Shown piece by piece: positions 39,960 through 53,797 of a DNA stretch of 64,000 bases. The translations under genes and the position numbers were made by a program. The notes under the pieces are model-generated. The model had not been told where the DNA came from. It did no database searches and saw only the letters and a list, made by a program, of their open reading frames with translations. The DNA is from Octopus vulgaris. Taxonomy: Eukaryota. Every line of letters begins with the position of its first letter. Positions within the stretch are counted from its first letter, which is position 1. Location of the stretch: NCBI GenBank assembly GCA_951406725.2, contig OX597835.1:38936001-39000000 (forward strand). Direction: 5' to 3'.

Positions 39960-40330
39960 CTTCAATCTTTACTCTTTCTCTTTTCATTTTCTTTTTCTTT
40001 TTTTATCTCTCTTCTATCCTATCCTTCTCTCTCTCCTACTCTCTCTTTCTCTTTCTCTTTCTCTCTCTCTCTTTCTCTTTCTCACTCTCTTTCTCTCTCT
40101 CTCTTTCTCTCTCTCCCTTTCTCTCTCTCTCTCACTCTCTCTTTCTCCCTCTCTCACTCTCCTACTCTCTCTTTCTCTTTCTCTTTCTCTTTCTCTCTCT
40201 TTATCTTTCTATCTCTCACTCTCCTCCTCTCTCTTTCTCTCTCTCTCTTTCTCTTTCTCTCTCTCTCCTACTCTCACTCTCTCTCTTTCTCTCTCTCTCA
40301 CTCTCCTACTCTCTCTTTCTCTCTCTCTAT
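39960..40330. repeat. CT-rich polypyrimidine tract
   Basis: Direct reading. Confidence 0.95.
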
Positions 40331-40628
40331 CGCGCGCGCGCTTTCCCTTTCTCTACTTCCCTCTTTCTTAGTCAATTAATCACCCTATCAATTAGTTACT
40401 CTGATACATACAAATATATGTGTGCACGTGTGTATGTGTGTGCATACATACGCACAGATATACATACATATACATAGTCATACATATACATATAGAAAAA
40501 GAGAGACAGGGAAATATTTTATACATACTTAAAATAACGTTTGTCTACACGTTTGTATAGATACATACATACAAAGATACGTACACAAATACATATATGT
40601 ATGTACGAACATATGCATGTATATATAT

Positions 40629-40676
<48 letters not shown>

Positions 40677-40769
40677 CATATCTATTTTCTTTCCTTCACC
40701 TCACTCTCTATTTTGTATCTTATCTAACTTAACTATTCTTTATCTATTATTTAACCATTCTCTCACACC

Positions 40770-40817
40770 GTCTCCGATTAAGGGATATAATAAATATCCT
40801 GGAAACAGCTGTAAGAT
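40770..40817 (+). ncRNA. Decayed hammerhead in a TA-flanked element (~40678-40883)
   Basis: GTCT-CCGATTA-AGGGATAT aataa ATATCCT-G-GAAAC-AGCT-GTA-AGAT; two core changes. Confidence 0.5.
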
Positions 40818-40880
40818 CTTCTGTCTATAAATGTTCTAAAATCTCCGCACCCTTGGGTTTTTTTATCTCATTACGAAACA

Positions 40881-40926
<46 letters not shown>

Positions 40927-41052
40927 CTACATACCTACATACATACACACATACATACATAGGGAGAGTTTACGAAAAAAAAAACAAAAGACGAAGACAG
41001 GTGGTGTACAAAACAAACAGATGTATTAGTATAACGCTCAGGAATAGAAAAA

Positions 41053-41094
41053 GACTTTTACGTTTCGAGCCTACACTCTTCTACAGAAAGGGAC
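41053..41094 (-). ncRNA. Minimal hammerhead-like motif (CUGUAGA core) in a repeat spanning ~40962-41125
   Basis: Minus: TTT-CTGTAGA-A-GAGT gtag GCTC-GAAAC-GTA-AAA. Confidence 0.5.
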
Positions 41095-41160
41095 ACAGAA
41101 AAAACAAGGAGAGAAAACAAAGGAGATACACACACACACACACATACACACACATGCACG

Positions 41161-41257
<97 letters not shown>

Positions 41258-41585
41258 TTCTGGCTGCAGTCTGTAACAAATAAAAAGATGGTAAAAGATG
41301 AATATTATTGATGACTTCGGAGTTTGGACAACTTAAGCCAAAGTCGGACTGGGCAAAACTTCGAAGTTACTGTAAATAATATTCTTGTTTAATAATAATA
41401 CATTTGTACTCTACAAGAGTATACACTAACCAATCAGATTAATGTATTACTGAACACATAAACACACACACATATATATGTATATATATATGTATGTGTG
41501 CAAATATGTGTGGATATGTATTTCTCATTATATGTACGCAAGGTAAATAAGCATGCACACACACACAAATATACATATACATATA

Positions 41586-41746
41586 TACGACGGGCTTCTT
41601 TTCAGTTTCCGCCTAACAAATCCACTGCAAGGTTTTGGTCAGCCCGAGGCTATAGTAGAAAACATTTGCCCAAAGTGCCACGGAGTGGGACTGAACCCGG
41701 AACCATGTGGTTGATAAGAAAGCTACTTACCACACAGCCACTCCTA
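41586..41746 (-). mobile_element. SINE family A 5' half
   Basis: Reverse-complement head. Confidence 0.85.
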
Positions 41747-42750
41747 TATATATATTTATATGTACACATATATACACACACACATACATGTATATATACA
41801 TATTTATACACGCGAACAACACACTCACCTATTTATATGTCTCTCTTCTTTTCCCCTCTCTTTCTCTCTCTCTCTCTATCTCTTACGCTTCCCTTTTGTA
41901 TACACACACACACACACACAGACACACATATATATATATAGTTACACACGCACACGCATATACTCACATATGTAGATGCCACCTTGCTCTCTCTATATAT
42001 ATATCTTTCTCTCTCCTTCTCTTTCTCCTCTTTCTCTCCTTCTCAAATCTTTTTTTAATCCCGCGCACATTCATTTTCTCCCTCGCTCCCTCCCTCCTCT
42101 CTCTAATACCACATATTTTTTCACTCTTCCTCTCCTTCTACTTCTACACGCACTCTCTCTGCCTGGGCCTTCCCTTTCACTCCTTCTTTGCCTTTCATAT
42201 CTCGCTCTCCTCCCCTTCTCTCTATATATCTCTTCAGTCTCCGCTCCGTCCCGAGAGGTTGCACTTGTCATGTCCAGACATCTTTAGTTGCAATTAATCC
42301 GCCATGACAAGTCAGTAGAAACGTCACGTATATCTCGATAATATATATATTGGACATTATTTCATCATTAATGTTATGTTACATCTAATACAAACACACA
42401 CACACACACACACATACACACTCACACATACACATATATTTATCATGTGTGTGCGTGTGTGTGTGTGTATGTATGCACATACATGTATATTTAATCCTAT
42501 ATTAGTACACATACGTATGCACATATACATGTATATGCGTTTATATATATAAATATATTAATAATATATATATATATATATGTGTATGTATGTATATATG
42601 TGTATATATATATATACATATATATGTGTGTGTGTGTAGATATATATAGACGTATATTGATATGTGTATGTATATATATTTATATATATACACACACATA
42701 TATATATATATATGTATGTCTGTATGTATGTATGTATATGTAGATCTGTA

Positions 42751-42818
<68 letters not shown>

Positions 42819-43283
42819 TATATTGATATGTGTGTATATATATATATGTATGTATGTATATACAGGAGGAGGAGGAGGGGGAGAGACAGAAGGAAAGAAT
42901 TTAGGTAATTTGGTGGATGCGTAATTTTGATAAACATAGGTCCTTGGCGTCATCGTGGGGCAGCAGATACTCTGTTAAATTGCATGCTATTTTTCTGTCT
43001 CTGTAACCAGGAAAAAAAAAGATTATCGATCTGACTTTCTTCAAACCGTAATAACGCTTCATCAGTGATTGATTACTCATTTTTCCGACTATTGGGAGAA
43101 CATTAGCTTATAGCTATTTATAGTAAACAAAAACTCAGATATAACTAGTCTGTCCTCATTTGCATAACAGTACTGCAAGCGTTGGCGACATTTAATTAAC
43201 TAATTAATAAAAAGCACTTTATATTGCATATCGACAACTGGAGCTAAAGCAAGCTAACTGGAAATGTGTGGTTTTAATAAACA

Positions 43284-43340
43284 CACGAAGGGGTCTTGAA
43301 AAGTTGCTGGCTTTGCGTAAAAGAAAATACAGGAGGATCA

Positions 43341-43371
<31 letters not shown>

Positions 43372-43584
43372 CGACGGGCTTCTTTTCAGTTTCCGCCTAC
43401 AAAATCCACTCACAAGTCTTTGGTCAACCCGAGGCTATAGTAGATATTCCCCTGTCAGATTTACACACTAATTGCAGCGCTCCTTCAGTTTTTTGAAGCC
43501 CTGTGAAAGAAGTCGGAAGGTTGGGCCTACAACCAAGCCTTTTGCGATACTTTTAAAGCCAGGAACATTTCAGAACCCTTAGTA
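43284..43584. mobile_element. Mariner-type MITE containing a SINE A fragment (~43370-43445)
   Basis: TIRs CACGAAGGGGTCTTGAAAAGTTGCTGGCTTT / AAAGCCAGGAACATTTCAGAACCCTTAGTA. Confidence 0.7.
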
Positions 43585-44033
43585 TTTCTAGAGGAGTTCT
43601 GTGTAATATACATGTTATGGGTTGTTATTACACTCGCGGTGTGTAATTGCTATAACTAACTCATAAGCTACTATTCTCTCCATGTGGTTAGGGAATTGTG
43701 GTTCAGCACTCCCCGATGCCTAACGAAGTGGAAAATTACAATGAAATCAGTCAGAACAACCCACCGTTTCGGGTCACAGACAAAAAACATGTAGTTTAAC
43801 CACAGCATCCATTTTCGCGTCATCGTCGTCGTTAGCATCATTATCATCACCACCACCACCACCATAATGATCATCATCATCAACAACAACAATCCCTGGA
43901 TATTACTGTCTCCAACCCTAGGGCTCACAGCACTTAGGTTCCATGGTTACTGAGGTTCCATGGCGTATAAGTGACCAAGATCATAACATACTCTCTGAAC
44001 AGGACACCAGCTCATCGCAAGGTTACCCATTTA

Positions 44034-44264
44034 AGGCGGCGAGCTGGCAGAATCGTTAGCACGCCGGGCGAAATGTTTACTGGTATTTCGTATGCCGTTA
44101 CGTTCTGAGTTCAAATTCCGCCGAGGCTGACATTGCCATTCATTCTTTCGGGGTCGATAAATTAAGTACCACTTACGCACTGGGGTCGATGTAATCGACT
44201 TAATCCCTTTGTTTGTCATTGTTTGTCCCCTCTACGTTTAGCCCCTTGTGGGTAATATAGAAAT
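44034..44264 (+). mobile_element. SINE family B nested in an older minus-strand SINE (~43930-44415)
   Basis: TSD AAGGTTACCCATTTA at 44019-44033 and 44265-44279. Confidence 0.9.
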
Positions 44265-44701
44265 AAGGTTACCCATTTACAGCTGAGGGGACTGTGGCAA
44301 CGTGTTTTGAAATGAGGTGTTTCGCTCAAGAAAAACAACACACCACCCGGCCCGAGTATCGCAACCATAATCAAGCGATCGTGAATAAAACACATCAATC
44401 TAACCATTAGGCCTGGCGCCCGCATTCGTCTTCACAGCAAAACTAAAAACGAGTTTTCTCAAAACACTCACCCACCCACTGTATGTTTTATCTCATAACT
44501 TTATGTATCCAGACGCCCGGTGAGTTTTCTGGTCTATTGGAAACCTGTATTTATTGGTACAGTGGTACGTTTCTAAATTTTGTATGCTGTTGGGAGATAA
44601 GTTTAGCAAGTTTCAGACAGTCTTCAGGCAAGGGCATAAAAACTTAGGAAAGTTTACTGTTTACTAGCATAGAAACGCAAATACACATTCTCACACGCAC
44701 G

Positions 44702-44733
<32 letters not shown>

Positions 44734-44809
44734 TCTATCAGTCAGCGTATTTATTCATACATATATATATATATATATATATATTTATTCATACATATAT
44801 ATATATATA

Positions 44810-44869
44810 TATAATCAAAATAAGCAACAAGGATATCCTTGGATATACTTGTTGCTTATTTTGATTATA
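44810..44869. repeat. 29-bp-arm hairpin at the edge of a TA-embedded element (to ~44972)
   Basis: TATAATCAAAATAAGCAACAAGGATATCC tt GGATATACTTGTTGCTTATTTTGATTATA. Confidence 0.88.
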
Positions 44870-44992
44870 ATCACCCCATTTAATTTATATGGATAATACC
44901 ATACCAAATTCTGGTGCCTTTAACTTAAGTACCATATTCATCTGAATCTAAATTTTTTCTGAACTTATATGATATATATATATATATATATA

Positions 44993-45145
44993 GTTGTAAT
45001 TAGGAATGATCACATTGCCAGTTTAGCCAATGAAAACAAACGCACTATATATTTGGTGTTAATTTGCTTTAACTTTATTTATTTTTTACAATAATCTTAA
45101 TCTTATTTCGGCTAAACTGGCAACATGACCATTCCTAAATACAAC
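44993..45145 (-). mobile_element. Truncated Penelope-like pLTR with 36-bp inverted ends
   Basis: Arms 44993-45028 / 45110-45145; body homologous to 20012-20120. Confidence 0.7.
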
Positions 45146-45382
45146 AATATCTGTTTCAACACACGATTTCACATCAAGAATCTTGCAAGACAAATATATA
45201 TATAGACAGATAGATATACGTGTACCTACATGTATGTATGTATGTATGTATGTATGTATGTATGTATGTATGTTTCCACGTATATATTTGCATGTGTATA
45301 AGTAGGTATCAAGCTTGACGTATTTGTTGTACAAGTGGAAACTCTAAGAATAAAAGAAAGTTTTCGTTTCTCCCATTGTGCA

Positions 45383-45426
<44 letters not shown>

Positions 45427-46339
45427 TATGTGTGTGTGTGTATGTGTGTGTGCGTGTGGATGTGTGTGTGTATCTATGTCTGTGTGTCTTTCTATTTGTG
45501 TTTGTCTCCCCACCACCGCTTGACAACCGGTGTTGGCGTATTTCCAACCAACGGTTCGGCAAAAGAAACCGATAGAGTAAGTTCCAGGTGAGCCTGTTCT
45601 TTATTTATTGTCCCCGAAGGGCTGAAAACTATTGATATGACGTACGACCTCTCGTCGTCACTGTTATATCTGAACTGTTAAAATATCCAACATTCCCTGA
45701 TGTTCTCTTCTTACTCTCCAGCAGTGTATCCTCAACAAGCACTCCACGATATCTCTATTCAATAATTCCTACGACCTGTACACTATGACTGCTCATATGA
45801 CACTCTTCCCAGACTGTTCTGCGCATGCTCATTCATACAGATTAGTATAATTCACTTAGCCAATCACAGGTGTGTACAGACAACAATTATTATCTTCAGC
45901 AGGATTTGATCTCAGAATATACAGAGCCGGAACACATGCAGCAACGTCTTCAACCGGACGCTCTAAACCACTCTATCAACAAACCACTGTATAGGATTAT
46001 CGATCTGAGACGATTAACTATAAACTGATAATAATGATCGAAGCTCAATTCCCAATTGATTAATTTGATTATTTCTGTTTGGGTATGTTTGGTATTGTAA
46101 GTACCACAGCGATAACAGTTTAGCAAGAAGCAACAGGGTTGGAGAAAAATGAAAACAGGAAAAAAAAAACGCAAATGTCAAAATCGATAGAATACCTGAA
46201 GTCTGGCCAGAAGGTTAATGATCCGAGTTTCGACCAAACCGCTGTATTTTTCTTTTCTTTTTTTTTTACTTTTTGTTTTTTGGTGTTTTTAAATGGCACA
46301 AAAAAGTGAATTGCTATCTGCCCGCTCTGACAATTAATT

Positions 46340-47000
46340 CTAATTTTGGCGCAAGGTCAGCAACCTTGGGGAGGACGGAGGATGGTCTGATTGACCATCC
46401 TACATCGACCTCAGAGGTCAACTGCTTCTTATTTAGTAGACCCCCGAACGGATGAAAGGTAAAGGGGATCTCAGCGGTATTCGAACTCCGAGACTGTAAA
46501 GATGGAAGAAATACCGGTAATTATTTTGTCCAGTGGACAAGATTCAATCAACTGCCAACATCGACGAGCTAATAAAAACAACAACAACAACAACAACGAC
46601 TAAAATTAGAATTGCGTAATGACCCATCTTACTAGAAATAGCAGCCATATCTCCCACACCGTCTTTACCAAACGAACACAGTGCATAATATAGTTCTGGG
46701 TATAAGGTGTCTAGAAAACTAAAGAATAGGTGCTTGAGGGGCATATACCTTTCTGAAATAGGTCAGGGCTGACCAAGGGTTGCATAATTGTTTCAGATTT
46801 TCGCACAAGGTCAGCAGTTTTACGGAGAGGATTAAGTTGATTACTTTATTGTTTATCTGGAACTTATTTTATTGACACCGAAGGGATTAAAGGCAAAGGC
46901 AAAGTTGACCTCTGTTGTATTTGACCTCAGAGCGTGAAAGAGTCAGAAGAAACACCGCTAAACATTTTGTCTGACGCGCTAATGATTCTAGCAGCTCGCC
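46340..47000 (-). mobile_element. Two diverged SINE B-related copies (~46340-46560, ~46790-47000)
   Basis: GGATGAAAGG, AAAGTTGACCTC, GATTCTAGCAGCTCGCC remnants. Confidence 0.65.
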
Positions 47001-47056
47001 CCTGTGGGTTGGGTCAGCTTCCTGACTACTTTGAGTATGGTATGATGAGTGTTTTG

Positions 47057-47289
47057 AAGGCGGCGAGCTGGCAGAAACGTTAGCACGCCGGGCGAAATGC
47101 TAAGCGGTATTTCGTCTGCCGTTACGTTCTGAGTTCAAATTCCGCCGAGGTTGACTTTGCCTTTCATCCTTTCGGGGTCGATAAATTAAGTACCAGTTAC
47201 GCACTGGGGTCGATGTAATCGATATAATCCGTTTGTCTGTCCTTGTTTGTCTCCTCTGTGTTTAGCCCCTTGTGGGTAGTAAAGAAATA
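47057..47289 (+). mobile_element. SINE family B, full length, 18-bp TSD
   Basis: TSD GGTATGATGAGTGTTTTG at 47039-47056 and 47290-47307. Confidence 0.93.
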
Positions 47290-47720
47290 GGTATGATGAG
47301 TGTTTTGGAAGCTGGCAGGAATCCTCGGTGAACGATCTGCCATTGTATTCTACGGTTCTGAGATCGATATGTCTTCACTATAGAACGAAAATCGAAGACA
47401 TTTAGACGGAGTTTTGAACCAAATGAAATACGTTGGCCTTTTTACACTTTCAACAAGCCTAACTATGGAAAGATATAGAGTACATAATCGAAGTCTTTAA
47501 CATAATGGTTTCAAATTTTGGTACTGGGTCAGTGGTTTTCGAGGGGAGAGAAAGTCGATTACATTCACCTCAGTACAATATACGTCAGCAAAATCGGTCA
47601 TCTAATTAAAAAAAGTACAGCCTCATTACTTTGTCACATTTAATCAGCCTGAGAATTCCGCTATAGATACAGGAGTCTGAGGGTTACTTAGCCATTATAT
47701 AAGTATATATACAGTGTATA

Positions 47721-48010
47721 GTGAAGGCGCAATGGCCCAGTGGTTAAGGCAGCGGACTCGTGGTCGTAGGATCGCGGTTTCGATTCCCAGATCGGGCGTT
47801 GTGAGTGTTTATTGAGCGAAAACACATAAAAGCTCCTCGAGGCTCCGGCAGGGGCGAGTGGCGACCCCTGCTGTACTCTTTCTTCACCCTTTCTTCTGTT
47901 GGCCTGCTCGCTTAGCCAGCGGGATGGCGGCATTTGAAGGCTAAAACAATGCGAAGCGCATTGTGACCAGCGATGTGTAGCAACATCTGATAGCCTGGTT
48001 GGTCACGGTG
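47721..48010 (+). mobile_element. SINE family C, full length, 14-bp TSD
   Basis: TGGCCCAGTGGTTAAG / GTTTCGATTCCC boxes; TSD ATATACAGT(G/A)TATA at 47707-47720 and 48011-48024. Confidence 0.85.
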
Positions 48011-48251
48011 ATATACAGTATATATACTTTATATACACATTATATTCCGCCGTTTAAAGCCAATGGCTCTTAAACTACCAGATACCAGCACCATTTGTGC
48101 TCTAAAAATACAAGCGAAAACCGTCTTTATCAATGAGAAGACAAACTATAGTGTTTCTTCCATATAATTCTTTCTTCACTATGGAAATGGACAAAATATG
48201 TCTATTTCTCCCTCTCCCTCTCTCTCCATATATATATATATATATATATAC

Positions 48252-48420
48252 ATTTCTTTACTACCCACAAGGGGCTACACACAGAGGGGACAAACAAGGA
48301 CAGACAAACGGATTAAGTCGATTGCATCGATGCCAGTGCGTAACTGGTACTTAATTTGTCGACCCCGAAAGGATGAAAGGCAAAGTAGACCTCGGCGGAA
48401 TTTGAACTCGGAACGTAACG
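48252..48420 (-). mobile_element. SINE family B, 5'-truncated
   Basis: Reverse-complement match. Confidence 0.88.
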
Positions 48421-48777
48421 ACGTAATGGTGGAATAAAAGTGAGAATATAGAGAACCATGTTTTCTTTCTTTCTAAAATGTCAATTTATCCACCCACTTT
48501 TCGATCCTCGCAACCCCTCCCCCTTTGCCAAGAGGGGTGTGACCTTTGAAAGAAACACTAATTTAATCAACGTGTGATATATTTGTATAAAACGACTCAC
48601 AAAAGATCATAAGTATTTGTATACAGAAATGTGTAAGAAAAGGCGAAAGTAAAACTTCAATAAATCTTAATTTCGCTTTTTTTCTACCTTACCGCATTTT
48701 CCTTAATTTTATTGAAGGTTTTACATTATATCACATTTTCGACACTTACATAGAATTTTGGAAACATTTCAACGTAC

Positions 48778-49186
48778 AGGGGCAGGCGTGGCTGTGTGGT
48801 AAGAAGCTTGCTTCCCAACCACATGGTTTTGTGTTCAGTCCCACTGCGTGGCACCTTGGGCAAATGTATTCTACTATAGCCTCGGGCCAATCAAAGCCTC
48901 GTGAGTGGACTTGGTAGACGGAAACTGAAAGAAGCCCGCCGTGTATATATGTGTATATCTGTGTGTGTTTCTCCCCACCGCCACCACCAGCACTATCACT
49001 TAATAACCGATAATGGTGTGCTTACGTCCCCGTAACTTAGCGGCTAGGTAAAAGACACCGATAGAATAAGTACTAGGCTTGCAAAGCATAAGTCCTGGAG
49101 TTGATTTCTTCGTCTAAAACCCTTTAAGGCAGTGCTCCAGTATGGACTCAGTCAAATGACTGAAAAGAGTAAAATAATAAAAGAAT
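48778..49186 (+). mobile_element. SINE family A
   Basis: Full head and tail. Confidence 0.9.
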
Positions 49187-49793
49187 ACCATATTTTGTAT
49201 ACTATATCACACATTCAATAAAATTTCATATTGTCTTCAAGATTTTCTTCACATGTTCCACAAAACTTTACATCTTCCACCATGATATTCCTAGGTTTTT
49301 TAACCAGTAAACATTCACTTACGCCATTTCGCAATCTGTTTTTTATTACACCATTTCAACGCCATTGTTGTTTTACATACATTGGGAAGGAATTCCAACC
49401 CCGTTTCGTGATTCACTACCTCAGCAGCTCCTTTATAGGATCCAGCGGCTAAAGACATCATCAGCAGGAACCACGTCCAGTTTCGGCCCCTACTCCCCTA
49501 CCGTTTTCGACACGGCGGGTCCCTCCACCACTTTCGGAGGTGTCTTCAGCTCTGGTGTTGAATTCGTTTTTTTCTATCTTCCTTTTTCTTTGGCCTTTTG
49601 TTGTTTGGTTTCTTCGATGCAGCGTCAACGAATGCCAGCCGACAGATGACCATCCTGCCAAATTTCCTTATAAATATTACTCGCCGGCAGGCTCCTGCAG
49701 TCAGCATCAGCTAACTGTCACGTGACACTATCTAAACTTCAACTGACCAATGGAGGGGAAGGGACACGTAGTTTTGGCCCATGCTCTCTCTAA

Positions 49794-50011
49794 ACCTATT
49801 TCTTTACTACCCACAAGGGGCTAAACACAGAGAGGACAAACAAGGACAGACAAACGGTTTAAGTCGATTACATCGACCCCATGGTACTTATTTAATCGAC
49901 CCCGAAATGATGAAAGGCAAAGTCGACCTCGACGGAATTTGAACTCAGAACGTAACTGCAGGCGAATTACAGCTACGCATTTCGCCCGGCGTGCTAACGA
50001 TTCTGCCAGCT
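49794..50011 (-). mobile_element. SINE family B
   Basis: Reverse-complement match. Confidence 0.9.
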
Positions 50012-50470
50012 TCCAACAGCGTCGTATTAGTTTCAGTTCCAGCAGCCAGGGTCGACTAATATGTCTGGTTGTATAAGCCTTCGAACTATCAGGGTAGAGG
50101 GCGCGCAATGAACGAGATCGCTCCCTTGGCCCACCTGTTAATTCAAATGTATTTACACTAAACTACACAATGCCACTTCGGAAGTATTATACAACCCCAA
50201 ATAAAGATCATTGCACAACACCACTCAACAATAAGCTACACTATTTTGCATTTGACAAATATTCACCAACACACTCTTACGGCATGTATTCAATGTGACC
50301 ATTTTGGGAGTGGTTTACTTCAGTATATGTACACCATGGGTGTGCCACCACAGGAAGTGCCATATCGAATCTATAATTATATTTAACTTACTATGTCCTA
50401 TGTGTATAGATTCCAGGTTTATACCTCTACATTACACACATAGTTAGGCACACACACATAGATACATAAC

Positions 50471-50530
<60 letters not shown>

Positions 50531-50726
50531 GAGAGAGAGAGAGAGAGAGAGATGTGCGATTGTGAGTGCATGAACCGATCTAACCAGTTTAAAGTTTAAA
50601 ATTGCAGTTGATATACCCGCGTGTGTGTGAGTGCGCACGCTTTTATAGATATATGTATATATATATACAGGTATGTATGTCCATATAAGTAAATGTATGC
50701 ATATATATACTTACACAATACACAAT

Positions 50727-50765
<39 letters not shown>

Positions 50766-50798
50766 CATATAGACATACATACATAAATATGTATATAC

Positions 50799-50853
<55 letters not shown>

Positions 50854-51049
50854 TAAATATATAAATATACCTATATATATATACAGAGAGAGGACAGAGT
50901 GAGTAAAAGAGAAGAAAAATACCTGCACGTACAAATTTGCATTAGATGTAGGAAGTATGTATAATCTGTTAAATGTTATACGTTGATTCATGCACAATAT
51001 AGATAGACATTACCCTCCCTCCTCGGCCCAGGGTTCTGCCCTGTCGCAC

Positions 51050-51430
51050 ATATCACCAAATTGGAAAGAAAATATATAAAAGGACTATTAGGCGTCTAGG
51101 CTCTGAAGGCGATATAAGTTGTGTAACTGGTTGCAGTCTGATGGCGTTGAGAAAAAAATCTGAATTGTTCAGAATTCTTTGAAGGAACTGAATTACGTGA
51201 GCTTTTAAGCTTCGTTTTGTACAATGAAATGGAAAGCTCTATTAGTGATATTAAATTGGGCTTGTATAGGGATGACGGGCTCGTTATTTCAGACAGAGAA
51301 TATGTGTACAGCTAACACCTTGAGAAAACGATTAATTACGACAGCTGAAATGATTATCAGTCCAAGTAGACATTACAATGGCAAACTTCTTACACGCTAC
51401 TCCTCAAAAAAAAAAAAAATAAAAAAAATA

Positions 51431-51489
<59 letters not shown>

Positions 51490-51503
51490 TAATAATGATA
51501 ATA

Positions 51504-51550
<47 letters not shown>

Positions 51551-52335
51551 AATAATAATAATAATAATAATAAAAATAATAACTTGAAATCGAATGAGCG
51601 CTTTAAGAAACGAAAGAGTAATCGATTGGACATCCGTACTTAATCCAACCATTCAACGAACGTCATCAAACATGTATTAATAAACAACAACAAGAGGATA
51701 CGTGTACTGTCCTCTGATGACGCACATTGAACAGATTATTACAGAGAAACACCATCATTTCTTCCATGCCATAAAGAGATCAAGCACTTAAAATCATCCG
51801 GTAAGAGCCCAAAAAATTCTGGGGAGAGAAAGATTGTATGGTACAAATCACATTACAAAATATTTCTTCTCTCCAGTAAGAAATAATTCCGTGAACGGCC
51901 ATAAATTCTACCAGATGTTCGATGCGAACAACATGAAGGCAAACTACATGTGTATGAAGAAAGAAATCTATTGATATAAAGAATAACAATGAAAAGATAT
52001 TACAAACGAGCGCAATGCTAAGTGAGCCGGTGAGAAATTACAGGAATATGGAGCTTTATCTTTCTAGTGTAACTGCTTAAATAGAAGATATTGTACCTAA
52101 TAGTAACGCATCTATATACGATAAGAAGGTTTAAAGAGCATTACATCAATCCGAGAAATAGCAGATGAAAAGGGATGCAAAGATAAGGCGTTAACAAAAA
52201 TGCATATCACAGCGATCAGAGTTTTGCCTTCTGTTCATCAGGTAGTCTTAATAAAAGAAACTTAAAAACTACATTTTGATAAAAATATAATAGAATTGAA
52301 AATTAGAATTTTCTGGGCAGCGAAGATTTTAATTA
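51050..52335 (+). pseudogene. Decayed Penelope-like RT ORF (GIY-YIG part not clearly readable), interrupted by (AAT)n(GAT)n at ~51430-51582
   Basis: From 51178 reads FEGTELRELLSFVLYNEMESSISDIKLGLYRDDGLVIS (Penelope YRDDG motif); later SNHSTNVIKHV, RKIVWY and NNMKANYMCM match conserved Penelope blocks; stops and frameshifts. Confidence 0.8.
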
Positions 52336-52889
52336 CTTTCTGCCAGTAAATCTTTACACAAAAATAACTAATTATTAAGCAACTTTCTTTATTTTGATAC
52401 AGATGCTAGTTGCACAGCGCAGCAAATCATTTTGTCATCGCTGGCTGCAAAAGAGTGCACAGATTTTAGCGTCATATTTCGAACTCAGGAATAAAAGGAG
52501 ACGCTTACACTATTCCACGAATAGCACTAGAAACGGCTTTTAAATTTAAGAACGGATCAAAGAGATCTGAATGTAAAAATTATAACATTCGCGTTTACGG
52601 AGACCAATGTTATGCTGATATAGGTAGGGATTAGTCTTCAGGAATTTTGGAAAACGGAACCCACACATATGATAATATATCATAGCAAAATACACTGCTT
52701 GCAGCCATTCCATATCGCTTGTTTCCTTGATTTCAATTAATGTGTATAATTCACTGAATGTGTACGGACTAGTATCAACACACACGCGCGCGCGGGCGCG
52801 CGTAAACATACGCTCACACACATATATACACAAATACACAACATACACACACACACACACTGATATGTGTATGAGTGTAATCACATATG

Positions 52890-53002
<113 letters not shown>

Positions 53003-53179
53003 ATATATATATATATATATATGGATTACATGTCTGTACAAATACGTATGTGTGTATACGTATATATGTGTATACCTATCACTCACTCTATCTCCCCTCT
53101 CTCTCCCTCTTTATATATATATGTATATATACACACACGCGCAACAAAAACACATACACAAACAAACATATACATATAC

Positions 53180-53218
<39 letters not shown>

Positions 53219-53597
53219 CATAGGGAGAGAGAGATATAGACAGGTACCTAGACCAATAGGAAAGCAGGAAGATTCTAAGTAAATGATAATAAGTAGGGAG
53301 GTCGGAATATAAGTTGATTGGTAGACGTAGAGAGAAAGAGAGAGACAGGGAGAGAGGGAGGGGGACAAAGTAAGAAGGGGATCAAGAGACAGAGACATAT
53401 ATGATATATTGTCGAGAAACACGGTATATAAGAGTCATTGAATATGATATAGATATCTCACGGAAAATATTGAAGTTCTACATGAGGATGTTGTTCAGGA
53501 TATCCTGTTTCAGTACCCCGTTTACATGACAATAAACAAGTATAGAGTAGTGTGTGTGTGTGTGTATTATGTATGTATGTATGTGTGTGTGTGTATG

Positions 53598-53653
<56 letters not shown>

Positions 53654-53749
53654 CTTGCTTATTTACAAGGTGTTTCATTTTTTATTTATAAAATATATAT
53701 ATTTATATATGTAGACATATATACATACACACACACGCACACACATATC

Positions 53750-53797
<48 letters not shown>

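Noticed and set aside
39637-40477. 244-aa and 210-aa ORFs
   Set aside because: Mostly CT repeat; the unique N-terminal part resembles no protein I recognise
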